Position numbers and translations under genes: made by a program. The notes beneath the pieces were generated by a model. The model saw only the letters and a list, made by a program, of their open reading frames with translations, had not been told where the DNA came from and searched no databases. From assembly GCF_006345805.1 (NCBI RefSeq), contig NC_043015.1, forward strand, positions 30,690,001 to 30,754,000: a stretch of 64,000 bases of DNA, given 5' to 3'. This document shows, piece by piece, positions 13,299 through 28,463 of this stretch; the stretch's first letter is position 1, and every line of letters starts with the position of its first letter. This DNA is from Octopus sinensis (Eukaryota).

Positions 13299-14253
13299 CG
13301 CATGTGTTCCATCTTAAACTGAACATCAACCTAACACATTCACTGTGTATGTGCTTTTGACTTTCGTTGCTTTTGCTTTTATTTTTGGTTTGCTTCTCTG
13401 TGTGTGTGTGTGTGTGTGCGTGCGTATGTGTGTGTGTTTGTGTGTGTGTGTGGTTATTGTAGCGTTTAAATAGCTGGAAAAGAGAAAGGAAGAAATTATG
13501 CTAATTATGTATATTGTTTAAGATTATATTGATTTCAAGAGGGTCCTCAGTATGAGAGAAGGAGATAGAAAAGGTAAGAGAGAGAGAGAGAGAGAGGCAA
13601 ATATCTATTTGTTGGAAAATATTGATAAATACATAAATTTGTGTGTCTGTGTGTTTGATCGGCTCCTTTACAGCTTCCACCTATCAAATTTCACTCACAA
13701 AACAGTGATCAATCCAAAGTTATAGCAGAAGACACTCGCTCTAGGTGTCAAAAGCTGGGATGGAACCTAAATCTATATGGCTATAAAACGGACTTTTTAC
13801 ACACAGCCATACCTGCACCTCCTTACCTTCCTACCTATCTATTTATCAATCTATCTATCTATCTGCCTGTTTGAATACCTGTCTGTCTGTCTATCTATCT
13901 GTCTGTCTGTCTGGCTGTCTGTCTATCTGTCTATCTATCAATCTATCTTTCTGTCTGTCTGACTGCCTGACTACCTGTCTATCTATCAATCTATCTTTCT
14001 ATCTGTCTGTCTGTCTATCTATCAATCTATCTTTCTATCTGTCTGTCTATCTGTCTGCCTGACTACCTGTCTGTCTGCCTGACTACCTGTCTGTCTGTCT
14101 ATCTATCTATCTTTCTATCTGTCTGTCTGCCTGACTACCTGTCTATCTACCTATCTATCTGTCTGTCTGTCTGCCTGACTACCTGTCTGTCTGTCTATCT
14201 ATCTATCCATCAATCTATCTTTCTGTCTGTCTGTCTGTCTGCCTGAGTACCTG

Positions 14254-14289
<36 letters not shown>

Positions 14290-15818
14290 CATATTATCAT
14301 CATCATCTTTTAACATCTGTTATCCATGATGGCATGGGTCGGATGGTTTGATGTAATGTAAGGAGTGCAGGAGTGATGTACATTGATCATCATGAGGAAT
14401 GTTTGAAGGATCTTGGGAACAGGAAGTTCCCTAGTGGTCCCCAGCCGCAAGTATATCCCTGTTGGGAGAACGTCTTGTTTGCCGTAGATTTTCCACAGAC
14501 ACAGGGACAGGATGGGTTGAAACCACCGGTTGCTGGATACTTACTCTCTCTTTTTACTCTTTACTCTTTTACTTGTTTCACTCATTTGACTGCGGCCATG
14601 CTGGAACACTGCCTTTAGTCGAGCAAATCGACCCCGGGACTTATTCTTTTGTAAGCCCAGTACTTATTCTATCGGTCTGTTTTGCTGAACCGCTAAGTAA
14701 CGGGGACATAAACACACCAGCATCGGTTGTCAAGCAATGCTAGGGGGACAAACACAGACACACAAACACACACACGCATATATATACATATATATGACGG
14801 GCTTCTTTCAGTTTCTGTCTACCGAATCCACTCACAAGGCTTTGGTCGGCCCGAGGCTATAGTAGAAGACACTTGCCCAAGGTGCCACGCAGTGGGACTG
14901 AACCTGGAACCATGTGGTTGGTAAGCAAGCTACTTACCACACAGCCACTCCTGCACCTAGGTTTAATAAATTATCAAATTATCATTATTTTGTGATTGTT
15001 TTGTGATTTTTTTTTTCTTATTTGCTTCTTAATCAATAGGTATCGATAGACTGATCAAGATCCATCAACACAAACCAGCTGGATTGCCATGCTGTCTGAC
15101 GAGCTTCGTTCCCGGTAAACCACCACCTGCTGCCCTTCGGTGTCAAGGACCAACCAATCTCTTGCACAAAGCTGTTCAAGATCGTAAGTATATGAATCTG
15201 TAGGCATAGAAACATACGGTGGCCAAATTCTTCATCAACATCATCTCTACATCACTTCTATTTAAATTCCAAACTAGTGAGAGTAAGCATTTGAGAAGTT
15301 AACCCTTTTGATACTAAAATGTCTGAGACACTCTCCTTTCCAGTTCTATCATATAAACTTCATGTTTTAAAGCAATTGAAATTAAAATCTTTCATTAAAA
15401 CTTCACATTGATTTATGTTCCATACACCAGGTTAATAAGGGCATATTCATTTTACAAAAGTTTCTCACGGTTTTTAAATTTGATTGAAGCAAAGTCTAGG
15501 TGATCCAGAATTATACAGCAACTCTGGGTCACCTCTGATTCAGGGGACCTATAATCAAGGGCATTGCAATCATGATCATTCTACCATTCATTTTAATTCA
15601 AACTTAGTGTCTTTCAGGGTTACATTACCAAATATGTGACATTCATTCTTCAAGGGTCACCAAAATAAGTACAAATCAAGTGCTAGAGGGGATTTAATTG
15701 ACTATAACCTCCCCCAAAATGTGTGGTTTTTGTGCCAATGTGAACAATCATTGTTATAGTGTATTACCAACCATAAATTCTCTTCTTTAGTTTAATCATT
15801 GTTTTTGCATTGATGATG

Positions 15819-15850
<32 letters not shown>

Positions 15851-17254
15851 GATGACGATGATGACGATGATGACGATGATGATGATGATCCTTTCTATTA
15901 TTGGCACAAAGCCTGAGATCTTGTTGAAGGGTGGGGGACAATCCTCAATGGTGAAGTCAACCTCGGTGGAATTTGAACACAGAACATAAAGACAGATGAA
16001 ATGTTTCAATGCATTTTGTCTAGCATGCTAACAATTCTGCAAGCTTACCACCTTAATAATGATAATAATTGATATGTATATGCCCACCACTAAAGATTTT
16101 GCTTAAGCTACCACCCTGATAGTAATAATACACATTTCTAATATGGCCAGAATTGAAGGTTGGGTAGTTGATTAAATTAAACCTAATTCTTAACTGGTAC
16201 TTTTTACTTTATTGATCTCCTACAAGCATCAAAGATGAAATTGATCTCAGGTTGGAACTTATATCATAAAAAGTCAGAAAAATACCACAAGGTATTCTGT
16301 TTGATATTCTAAATATTCTGCCAATCTATTATCCGTAATGATAATTCTAACTTACAGACGAGGTGAAAAACTTACAGATTAGTCAATTAAATAAACCCCA
16401 TTATTTAACTGATACCTTATTTTTTCTACCTCCACAAACTCTGCAAAACCAATGAACACACTCCCTACCAAATCCTGAAACTGTACTGACATCTACATCC
16501 ATCCTATCCACAGCATTAAGGACAGTGTTCACAAGTGTACAGGCAATGCCAAAATTTTTCATAAAGCATATATAGGCATGACCTCCAACACTTTTAAATT
16601 AAGTTACAATTTATATATCTATTCCTTTTACATAATCAAACTTATTAACTCAAATAAAACCCCAACAGCTGGCTAGATCCACAATCAAAAGAAAGAAATC
16701 TATAACATACAAACTCCACTGGAAAATCTTATCCAGAACCTATGTCTCTTCTATTTTTTTTTTGATCATTGAGGAGGGAGCTAGTTTCCAACAAAGATAC
16801 AAGGCTCCATCTTTGGGATGTATGTATAAACAATAACACAGATGGGTTGAGATATATTTTAGTGCACTGGTATGCTATCCCCAAATCTACCTTTTTTGCT
16901 TTTACCATTTAAATACTTGATTCTATCGGATCCAGAAAATTTTACACACATACACACACACATATATTTATTTATTTTCTTAATCTCCAGAAAATACCAA
17001 ACTCTGTGCTAAAATCCTAAATTCTAAAGAATGTCCAGATATCAATACAAGAAACATAGATGGTAAGTGAATTTTTATACATTTAATTGATGTGGTGTGC
17101 GTGTGTGCATGCGTGTGCATTTGATAAACACTGAGGACATGGATTAACAAGATTATATGTTTTAGCAAGCAATTATGCAATCCTGGCAAATTTGCCAAAA
17201 TGCATCTGTTTTATAAAACAGAATATCGTATGTTTTTATATTTTATTAATACTG

Positions 17255-17285
<31 letters not shown>

Positions 17286-17424
17286 ATATATATATGAAGA
17301 TAGATAAAGCCAGTCTATACTGCTCTATAAGTTATACTCTATAACTCAGAGTGTGCTTCTTTTTTGAATTAATGATTTACAGTCACCATATATATATATA
17401 TACATATATATATACATACATACA

Positions 17425-17458
<34 letters not shown>

Positions 17459-20400
17459 CATACATACATACATACATATAGGGAGAGTTTACAAAAAAAA
17501 CAAAAGACGAAGACAGGTGGTGTACAAAGCAAACAGATGTATTAGTATAACGCTCAGGAATAGAAAAAGTCTTTTACGTTTCGAGCCTAAGCTCTTCTAC
17601 AGAAAGGGACAGAAAAAACAAGGAGAGAAAAAAATGTGTGTAGTGGCAAACAATCTATCATGGTGGTGTGTGTGTGTGTGTGTTTGCGCACATGTGTATT
17701 ATGATCCTCGTCTTCTGATGCAAATTAATCAAACTCCTATTCTTCTTCAATTATCCTGACCTGTTTTAAGAATCAAAACCATCATTTTTCTGAGAAGCAT
17801 CAGGATGTGTTGGAGCTTCACTTAGCTTTTCAGGACATTAAACAATTGAGAATCAGCTTTTTTATTCCTGAACAGGAAGCTAATCTGACACATAATGATA
17901 GGAACACAGAACAATGTTAAAACATCAAAATACTTAAATACTCTTTAATTTCATTGCTTTGTATTATGCTTTTGTTTTCCTTGTTTAGTTTTGTTTTTTT
18001 TTCTTTTTGTGCTCCACCCTGGATAAGTGTTACTTTCTCGTAGGTTCTACTCTTTATTTTTAGCATTTTTAAAAATACAAAACTACATTAAAATTTGATA
18101 ATTACATATATAACACGTGTGTATATGATACATATATAATACAAAACTACATTAAAATTTGATAATTACATATATAACACGAGTGTATATGAAACATATA
18201 TAATACAAAACTACATTAAAATTTGATAATTACATATATAACACGAGTGTATATGATATATATATAATACAAAACTACATTAAAATTTGATAATTACATA
18301 TATAACACGAGTGTATATGATATATATATAATACAAAACTACATTAAAATTTGATAATTACATATATAACACGAGTGTATATGATACATATATAATACAA
18401 AACTACATTAAAATTTGATAATTACATATATAACACGAGTGTATATGAAACATATATAATACAAAACTACATTAAAATTTGATAATTACATATATAACAC
18501 GTGTGTATATGAAACATATATAATACAAAACTACATTAAAATTTGATAATTACATATATAACACGAGTGTATATTGATATATATAATACAAAAACTACAT
18601 TAAAATTGATAATTACATATATAACACGTGTGTATATGAAACATATATTATTATAATACACAATACTACATATTAAAATTTGATAATTACATATATACAC
18701 GAGTGTTATGAAACCATATATAATACAAACTACATTAAAATTTGATAATTACATATATAACACGTGTGTAATGAAACATATATAATACAAAACTACATTA
18801 AAATTTGATAATTACATATATAACACGAGTGTATATGATACATATATAATACAAAACTACATTAAAATTTGATAATTACATATATAAAACGTGTGTATAT
18901 GATACATATATAAATAAACAAAAACTACATTAAAATTTGATAATTACATATATAACACGAGTGTATATGAAACATATATAATACAAAACTACATTAAAAT
19001 TTGATAATTACATAATAAACACGTGTGTATATGGAAACATATATAATACAAAATACATTAAAATTGATAATTACATATATAACACGAGTGTATATGATAT
19101 ATATATATACAAAACTACATTAAAATTTGATAATTACATATATAACACGTGTGTATATGAAAAATATATAATACAAAACTACATTAAAATTTGTTGATAA
19201 TTACATATATAACACGAGTGTATATGATATATATATAATACAAAACTACATTAAAATTTGATAATTACATATATAACACGTGTGTATATGATACATATTA
19301 ATACAAAACTACATTAAATTTGATAATTAATATATAATACGAGTGTATATGATACATATATAATACAAAACTACATTAAAATTTGATAATTACATATAAA
19401 CACGTTGTGTATATGATACATATATAATAACAAAACTACATTAAAATTTGATAATTACATATATAATACGAGTGTATATGATACATATATAATACAAAAC
19501 TACATTAAAATTTGATAATTAATATATAACACGAGTGTATATGATAAATAATATAAACAAAACTAACATTAAAATTGATGATAATTACATATATAACACG
19601 AGTGTATATGATACATATAATACAAAACTACATTAAAATTGATAATTACATATATAACACGTGTGTATATGATACACTATATAATACAAAACTACATTAA
19701 AATTTGATAATTACATATATAACACGTGTGTATATGATACATATATAATACAAAACTACATTAAAATTTGATAATTACATATATAACACGTGTGTATATG
19801 ATACATATATAATACAAAACTACATTAAAATTTGATAATTACATATATAACACGTGTGTATATGATACATATATAATACAAAACTACATTAAAATTTGAT
19901 AATTACATATATAACACGTGAGTATATGATATATATATAATACAAAACTACATTAAAATTTGATAATTACATATATAACACGTGTGTATATGATACATAT
20001 ATAATACAAAACTACATTAAAATTTGATAATTACATATATAACACGTGTGTATATGATACATATATAATACAAAACTACATTAAAATTTGATAATTACAT
20101 ATATAACACGTGTGTTAGTTAGTTAGTTAATTTTTTGGCTCAAAAAGCAAAAAGCAAGGCCATGTAGGGGGACATGGAGTTATGTACAGGGTGGTGTTCA
20201 TGTAAAGAGTTCAGGCCACTTGAGGTCAAGGGAGACTTTGAACCGATACATATATAATACAAAGCTACATTAAAAGGCGCATGGCTTAGGGGCATTCGGC
20301 TCATGATCGTATGGTCGTGAGTTCATATCTACGCATTTTCTGATTTTCACTCAAATCATGTGGTACCCATTTGTCGAGCTTTTTCGATTTTCTGATCAGA

Positions 20401-23400
20401 TGCAAATGATTGCAGGCAGTTTTCGGATTAACTTGAAGTTCATTTGCCAGTTCTCGAGTGGTTTTACGTGGATCTTTCTCAATAATGGTCTTTAATTGAC
20501 TGTATTTGATGACAGATTGGCATCCACTACACCCACGATCTTCAAGGCTCAGGTCTCCACTGTGAAATCGTTTAAACCATTTTCGAGCTGACCACTCACT
20601 GGTCTTTTCCACACCAAACATTTCATTGATATCGCAAGCAGTTTCAGCTGCTTTACATCCTCTACAAAACTCTGCAAAAATCCAGTACAAATTCTTCATG
20701 GTTCAAAACATTGCTTGCTTTCTACTCAACCTGATATATATATATATATATATATTAGTTCACCAGTCCTCAGTCAAATCGCCCAACCTATGCAAGCATG
20801 GAAAGCCAGCGTTAAATGATGATGATGATGATAACGATGATAATGATGATGATTATGATGATATATATATATATATATATACATATACATACATACTAAA
20901 GTTAAGTCAAATATTGATATTTTGAATGCATTTAATACACGTGTTTCAGATAATTATGCAAGAGAGAAGCAAGAATTTATGCCATACGCAGCATCTTCCT
21001 TAATTAAGACATACACTTCAAAACATTTTGAAATGTCTCAACTGAAGAAGATATTATGCAAAAGATTTGTGTTTCTCACTTGCATAATTATCTGAAATAC
21101 ACGTGTCAAATCCATTCAAAATATCAATATTTGATTTGACTTTAATATTATATGTTAAACGATGCCATGTATATATGTATGTGTATATCTGTATGTATGT
21201 GTGTGTATATATATTTATATACTTGTATATATATATATGTGTGTGTGTGTGTATGTATGTATGTATATATTTCACTGAAGATATCTTAATAAAACCAAAA
21301 CATGTCGGGAGATGTCACTTTGCATACTAGAAATCAGACTTCTTTCCCATGCCTTGCTTGATAAGAATTATCATTAATGCTAATGATTTTGATTTTCTCT
21401 TTACTAGTGTAATTTCACTGGATGAAAAGTTATTTGCGGTTGACTTCATTAATTATTAATTCACACTGATGTGTGTGTATATATATATATATGTATGTAA
21501 CTTCACAATATTTCATTTTACACTTCAGGTGACACACCTCTACATATTGCTTGTAAAATAGGAAACAGCAGCATTGTAAAACTTTTTTTGAAATACAAGG
21601 TCAATCTATCAGTAAAGAATCAAGACCACTGCACACCTCTTCAAGTGAGTTACTCTTCTTTTTTTTGTTTTTTGAACTGGTTGTTTGAAGTTAAGCTTTG
21701 TCTCAGAATAAGGATGTGTATATATATATATTGATTGTGTAGTTGTTTTGTAAGATGCATTGAAATAGATGTATTTTGGATGGGTCAGTCTAAAAGTAAA
21801 AACACATGCACTGGTCATAGTTTACTTCTTTTATTGTTAACTAATTAATTGATTTATGAGAATCTTTCACCAGACAACTCTAATTTTTCCTATAACTTAA
21901 CATAGCAAAGCCGAACAGTTTAAACTTTATATGTTATATACAGTCATCCAATACAGCAAGGTGCCCCACCTTGATTCAGTGTGTAGGACAAGAAGTAACT
22001 GCGTGAACCAAGCTATGAATGCATTAACTGCTATAATGTTTCAACACAAAACATCATCATCATCATCATCATCATCGTTTAACGTCCGCTTTCCATGCTA
22101 GCGTGGGTTGGATGATTTGACTGAGGGCTGGTGAACCAGATGGCTGCTCCAGGCACCAATCTTGATTTGGTAGAGTTTCTACAGCTGGATGCCCTTCCTA
22201 ACGCAACCACTCCGAGAGTGTAGTGGGTGCTTTTTATGTGCCACCGGCACGAGGGCCAGTCAGGCGGTACTGGCAACGACCTCACTCGAATCTTTTTACA
22301 CATGCCACCAGCACAGGTGCCAGTAAGGCAACATTGGTAATGATCACGCTCAGATGGTGCCCTTTTGCGTGCCACTGGCATGGAAGCCAGTTGGCTGCTC
22401 TGGTAACGATTACGCTCGGATGGTGCTCTTGGCACCCTACTAGCACGGGCACAAGTACTAGTAAGGCGACGCTGGTAACGATCACACTCGAATGGTGCCC
22501 TTTTATATTCTACTGGCACGGAAGCCATTTGGCTGCTCTGTCAATGATCACGCTCGTATGGTGCTCTTTGCACCCCGCTAGCACAAGCACAAGTGCCAGT
22601 AAGGCGACGCTGGTAACGATCACACTCGAATGGTGCCCTTTAAGTGCCACTGGCAATGGAAGCCGGTTAGCCGCTCTGTCAGTGATCATGCTCATATGGT
22701 GCTCTTTGCACCCCGCTAGCACGGATGCCTGTCATCGATTTTGATTTTGATTTTGCTTTTGAACATTAAAACCAGTAGCTATTAACAGGTCACAGGTAGA
22801 ACATAGACTAGTCTCTATTACTTGGGTGACCTCATTACCAATTGCACTCTAGAATGTCTGCCAATCCTTTTGCTGCTGCACTTATCTATGTTTCTCCAAG
22901 TAGACACTTAACTATTCTGCAATTTAGATCTTTTCTCATTGTTTTATTCTTTTTGGCTGTCTCTCTATTTTTTCTTTAGTTGCTGTATTTACTTAAACTT
23001 TATATGTGAATATTGTATATTATATAGAGGCTTGACTCTCTTTCCTGCTATCTAAGATCCATGCTTATCAGATATATATATGTATATATGTACATACACA
23101 TACAGATGTGTGTATGCGTGTGTAGTGTGTCTACAAGAATTATTTACTTATTTACATAGGAATTACAGGCTTGAACACAATACACTCCAGGCTACATCCT
23201 GCTTGAGCTTTTGTCAACATATTATGGACATAAAGTGTAAGCATAGTCGAGTGCTGATATAGTATAGAATCTGTGTAGTAGGCACTGTAATATCAAACAT
23301 CTTGTATTCCTGGACCAAGCAGCACATTGTATTATTGAGCAAAGCTGGTAATTTCACATTCTTTCACTGTCTAATCCAGTGCTTTTCAAACTTTTTACTG

Positions 23401-26400
23401 GAGCGGAATCCCAAGGAAACATTCCACTGACTCGAGGAACCCCTGTGCAATAATTTAATAGTCTTATGCACACATATCTGCACAGGAGACTTAAAAATTA
23501 CTGCCGATTTTAGCAGTTTTGTAACTTCTTGTGGAACCCCCACACTGTACTGGTGGAACCCTGGTTGAAAACCACTGGTCTAATCAGCTGAAAATACATG
23601 CCGGCCCAGTGTTGGTGCAGCCTTCTCTCCTTTCAGCTGCCACATCCAGATTCTTCTGCTTGATCAAGAACAGAAGAGCTTCAAGGGTCTCTATATCTGC
23701 TTGTGACCACATAGACACCTGAAAACAATTAGCAAAAGCATGTTATGTGCTAATATGACATGCTCATTTGCCAGTAACAGCTATATATCATAAGTGTGGT
23801 CACATTGCACTTCTTAAAAACACTCATTAATATTTGAGACAGCCTCTGTGACTCCCATAAATATGATAATCTTTATTGTGTATCATAAATAGAATTCCAT
23901 TAAAACAAGTATCATCATCATCACTTTTTAACATCCAATTTACAATGCTTCCATGGATCGGATGAAGTTTATTGAAGTAGATTGCCTACAGCTGCACGCT
24001 CTTGTTGTCATCAATTCTCACCTGTTTCCAAGCAAGTTCATATTTCCCAATGGCTGGACATGTTCTCACAAAATATTGGAACTGAATGGCACTGCATGTA
24101 CAACAGTGACAATTAGTGAGACCACAACCTTGTGGCCTAAGCCAGGGGTGTAACCAGCCAACTTATGCGTACCTTCCCTTCATTGGACACTGCTTGCGAA
24201 GACCTGTTGAGGCAAGTGAAATTGAAATCAAATTCGATGACTGGCATCCGTGCTAGTGGAGCACTAAGAGCACCATCCAAGTGTTATCATTGCCAGTGGC
24301 ACCTAAAAAACACCATTCAAGCTTGATCGTTACCAGCATCGCCTTACTGGCACTTGTGCCGGTGTGCCAGTGACACGTAAAAAAACATGATTTTTTCGTG
24401 GCCGTTGCCACTACCACCTGACTGGCCCTCATGCTAGTGGCGCATTAAAGCACCCACTACACTCTCGGAGTGGTTGGCGTTAGGAAGAGCATCTGGCTGT
24501 AGAAACATTCCAGATCAAGATTGGAGCCTGGTGCAGCCATCTGGTTCGCCAGCCCTCAGTCAAATTGTCCAACCCATGCTAGCATGGAAAGTGGACGTTA
24601 AACGATGATGATGATGATGTCATGTGATGTCAAGACAAGGAGACACAAATGTACTCACTCGGAGGCACACACAGATGTATATGTGTGTGTGTGTGCGTGT
24701 GTGTGTATAAATGTATTATCATCATCGTCATCATTATCATCGTTTAACATCCATATTCCATGAATGAGTAGGATGGTTGACAGGAGCCAGCCAAGTAGAA
24801 AATCTACCCTAGGCTACTGTGTCTGTTTTGGCAGGGATTTTACAGCTGGATACCCTTCCTAATACCAACCACTCTGCAGAGTGGACTCAGTGCTTTTTAT
24901 GTGGCACTGGCATAGGTGGGGTTAGTTTGGGCATAATTTTTACAGTTGGATGCCCTTCCAAATGCCAACTACGTTACAGTGTGGACTGGATGCTTTTTAA
25001 CATGGCACCAACATTGGCAGGGTAACCAAGTAATTCACAAGACAAGGGATTATGAGAGGGGCAGGGCATTTGAGGAAGGTAACTTGTGTCAGCGGATGAA
25101 AGATTAGAGTGTGACAAAGAGACAGTGATGGTCAGTGATGGTCTTCATTGGTTATGAGTGGGCAGCCATCATATATGTATATTGATATGCAGGTATGTAT
25201 ATGTATGTGTGTGCGTATGTATAAATGTATGTATGTGTATATATGTATGTGTGTGTGTGAGCATAGTGTAGATAGGCAGGTATGTGTATATGTGTGCATA
25301 TATATATATATATAGTAATCCCTTGACTATCACAGGCATTATGTTTTAAACCCACCCACCCTTCTGATAGGTGAAAATCTGTGAAGTAGAACCAGTACTA
25401 TACTACTGTGTATTTTTTTTTTATAATTTGTATATATTTTTATTATAAATGCAAAACAACACCCCACACCCACCTCCCGTGTTTCGTTTTCCATACAGTA
25501 TGCGTTATTCTTTGTTTACTCATCCACGGTACACTACATGATTTCTTTTAATATATTTTAATTACTGTGTTATACAGTGCAGTACTGTACTGTATTTTTA
25601 TTTATTAACTCTTTCGTTACCAACCCGGCTGAAACCGGCTCTGGCTCTGAGTACAAATGTCTTGTTTTCATAAGTTTTGAATTAAAATCTTCCTATTTAT
25701 TTATTACCCACAAGGGGCTAAACATAGAGTGGACAAACAAGGACAGACATAAGTATTAAGTCGATTACACCGACCCCAGTGCGTAACTGGTACTTATTTA
25801 ATCGACCCCGAAAGGATGAAAGGCAAAGTTGACCTCGGCGGAATTTGAACTCAGAACACAACGGCAGACGAAATATGGCTACGCATTTCGCCCGGCGTGC
25901 TAACGATTCTGCCAGCTCGCCACATTTGAATTAAAATCTTCCACCAAACCTTAGTCACAATTTATGTTTCTAACACTAGCTGAATGATAACTAAGTTATT
26001 TTATTAAATTCTTTGTTATATTTAATATTAATTGAAAGGAACACAAAGCATCTCAAAATAAATACAGTAACAAAAGGGTTAAATTTTAGGTATGAAAATG
26101 CTTATTTTACCACAGAAATAATTAAAATCTAAAAAAATAAAAAAAACCTATCAGCCGCAGAAACCCGTGACATACTGAGGAGTTCGCAATATAAATTTAC
26201 ATATATTAGCCAGAAAGAAGTTATACTCTTTGGCTGGCTGTCCAGTTCTTTACCAATTTAGCCAAACTTGATTCAAGCTTTTACTTTAGAAAACTTCACA
26301 ATTTTTTTTTTTTAAATTAAAAAAAGGAAAAAAAGAACATTTGGAAATCTAGGATTATTTTGAAGTCATAAAATTTCAGTTGTTTTCCGGAAAGTCTCTT

Positions 26401-27334
26401 GAGATATTTAATCTGTATTAAGTGTGTTCGACAATTTGCATATCTTTGCATAGTTTAGATTTGTATAACCACAAAAACCAGGAAGTTAGTCAAGTTGAAT
26501 TTACCATAAAAGGGCATGATCAGGATATTTTGTCGTGTAATTATGATATTATTCATTTAGTTTCTGGTCATTTAAGGTTCGTATAACCAATTTGTGTTAT
26601 TTTGTTTGTCCTCCATCTCATGGTTTATTTTTAGAAGAGTTTTCTTCTTAGTTGTCATACCACGCTGGCTTAATTTTTGACACAGAAATATGAGGTGGGA
26701 GAAGGGCTTCACATTTCTCATTTGTAACAGAGCTTGTTGTTTTTTGGTTCAAACCTCGATCAGTACTGCTCAGGCAGACTTATGATCAAATGCATTCTAG
26801 CCGGGTTTATTTTTCTAACACAGTGTATTCATGGTTGGATTGGATTGAATTGAATTGCCTATGTTCAGCCCACTGTAGGACAAACGCTTCAGCATGTTCT
26901 CTCCACCAACCACAGTCTGATGTGGAAGCTGTGAATTTGAGCTTGAGATCGTAGTGGTTTGATGATCCTACACTGGATCAACATGGCTTGGCAGAGAAGT
27001 GCAGTTTTTATACTCTTTGCCCTGGAGTAGTTAAGTTCATTACATTCACCCCAGTACTCAAAGTTGGCCGTGGTAGAATTTGAACTCTGAACATAGGGAC
27101 AAATGGAATACACTTAGCATTTTGCCCAGCATACTCTTTTACTCTTTTACTTGTTTCAGTCATTTGACCACGGCCATGCTGGAGCACCGCCTTTAGTCGA
27201 GCAAATCGACCCTGGGACTTATTCTTTGTAAGCCCAGTACTTATTCTATCGGTCTCTTTTGCCGAACCGCTAAGTGACGGGGACGTAAACATACCAGCAT
27301 CGGTTGTCAAGCAATGCTAGGGGGACAAACACAG

Positions 27335-27391
<57 letters not shown>

Positions 27392-28288
27392 ACAGTTTCC
27401 GTCTACCAAATCCACTCACAAGGCATTGGTCGGCCCGGGGCTATGGTAGAAGACACTTGCCCAAGATGCCATGCAGTGGGACTGAACCCGGAACCATGTA
27501 GTTGGTTAGCAAGCTACTTACCACACAGCCACTCCTGCACCTATTTCTTTTCTTTTTTTTCATCTCTTTTTTTCAATTGATGGCAACACCTTCATACCAG
27601 GAGTTACACCACATCAGGCATCATCCCTAGTTTGTGGCACCTATATTAATTAATCCCCTAGTATTAACTTTCCCAGAATGCCTCGCAGGAGTAGCTATAA
27701 CATCCCAAACAAATGAATTTCATGTTCAGTAACAGCGCCACCATCGCTATCACCAACAACAACAAATAATTTATAGTGTTATATATAGAGAGATGTCTTT
27801 GTATAACTGCATGTGTGTCTCTGTGTGTGTATTTGAATATGTATGCAAGCATATGCGTATATGTTTGTGTCAGTTAGCTCCTGTCTACAGTAAACAATAC
27901 TAAGTAAGTACCATCACCAGTTAACCTATTTTTTAAGTTATTATCTCCAGACCCAAACAGGATATCACAATATGCCACGTGGTGTATACTACTTGATATG
28001 TAATACAAGGTGTATCCACTAACAACTTTAGCTCCTCTTTTCTCTCAAATTTGAATTTACTACACCCATTTTCCAGTTTGGTATCTTTATCTATATATCT
28101 ATTTATCTTACTTAGGTTCATTATTTACTTAGGGTTCATGTGGTGTCATAGGCCAAAAAAATGTTCACCTTCTTGCCTAATGCAATCCAAGAGCAATCTC
28201 TTATCTCTTCCCTTTAATAGTTTAACTATTAATACTGAAACTATTAAAGTGAAACTATTATCTCACATATATAAAGGGGCATACATGC

Positions 28289-28322
<34 letters not shown>

Positions 28323-28407
28323 TATATATTATGTGTGTTTATATATGTATGTATATATATGTATAAATATATGTATGCATGTATATATGTGTACATATAT
28401 ATGTATG

Positions 28408-28463
<56 letters not shown>

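Noticed and set aside
27933-28250. Possible further Penelope-like ORF fragment on the minus strand
   Set aside because: Only vague resemblance, stops in all frames, and no diagnostic motif.
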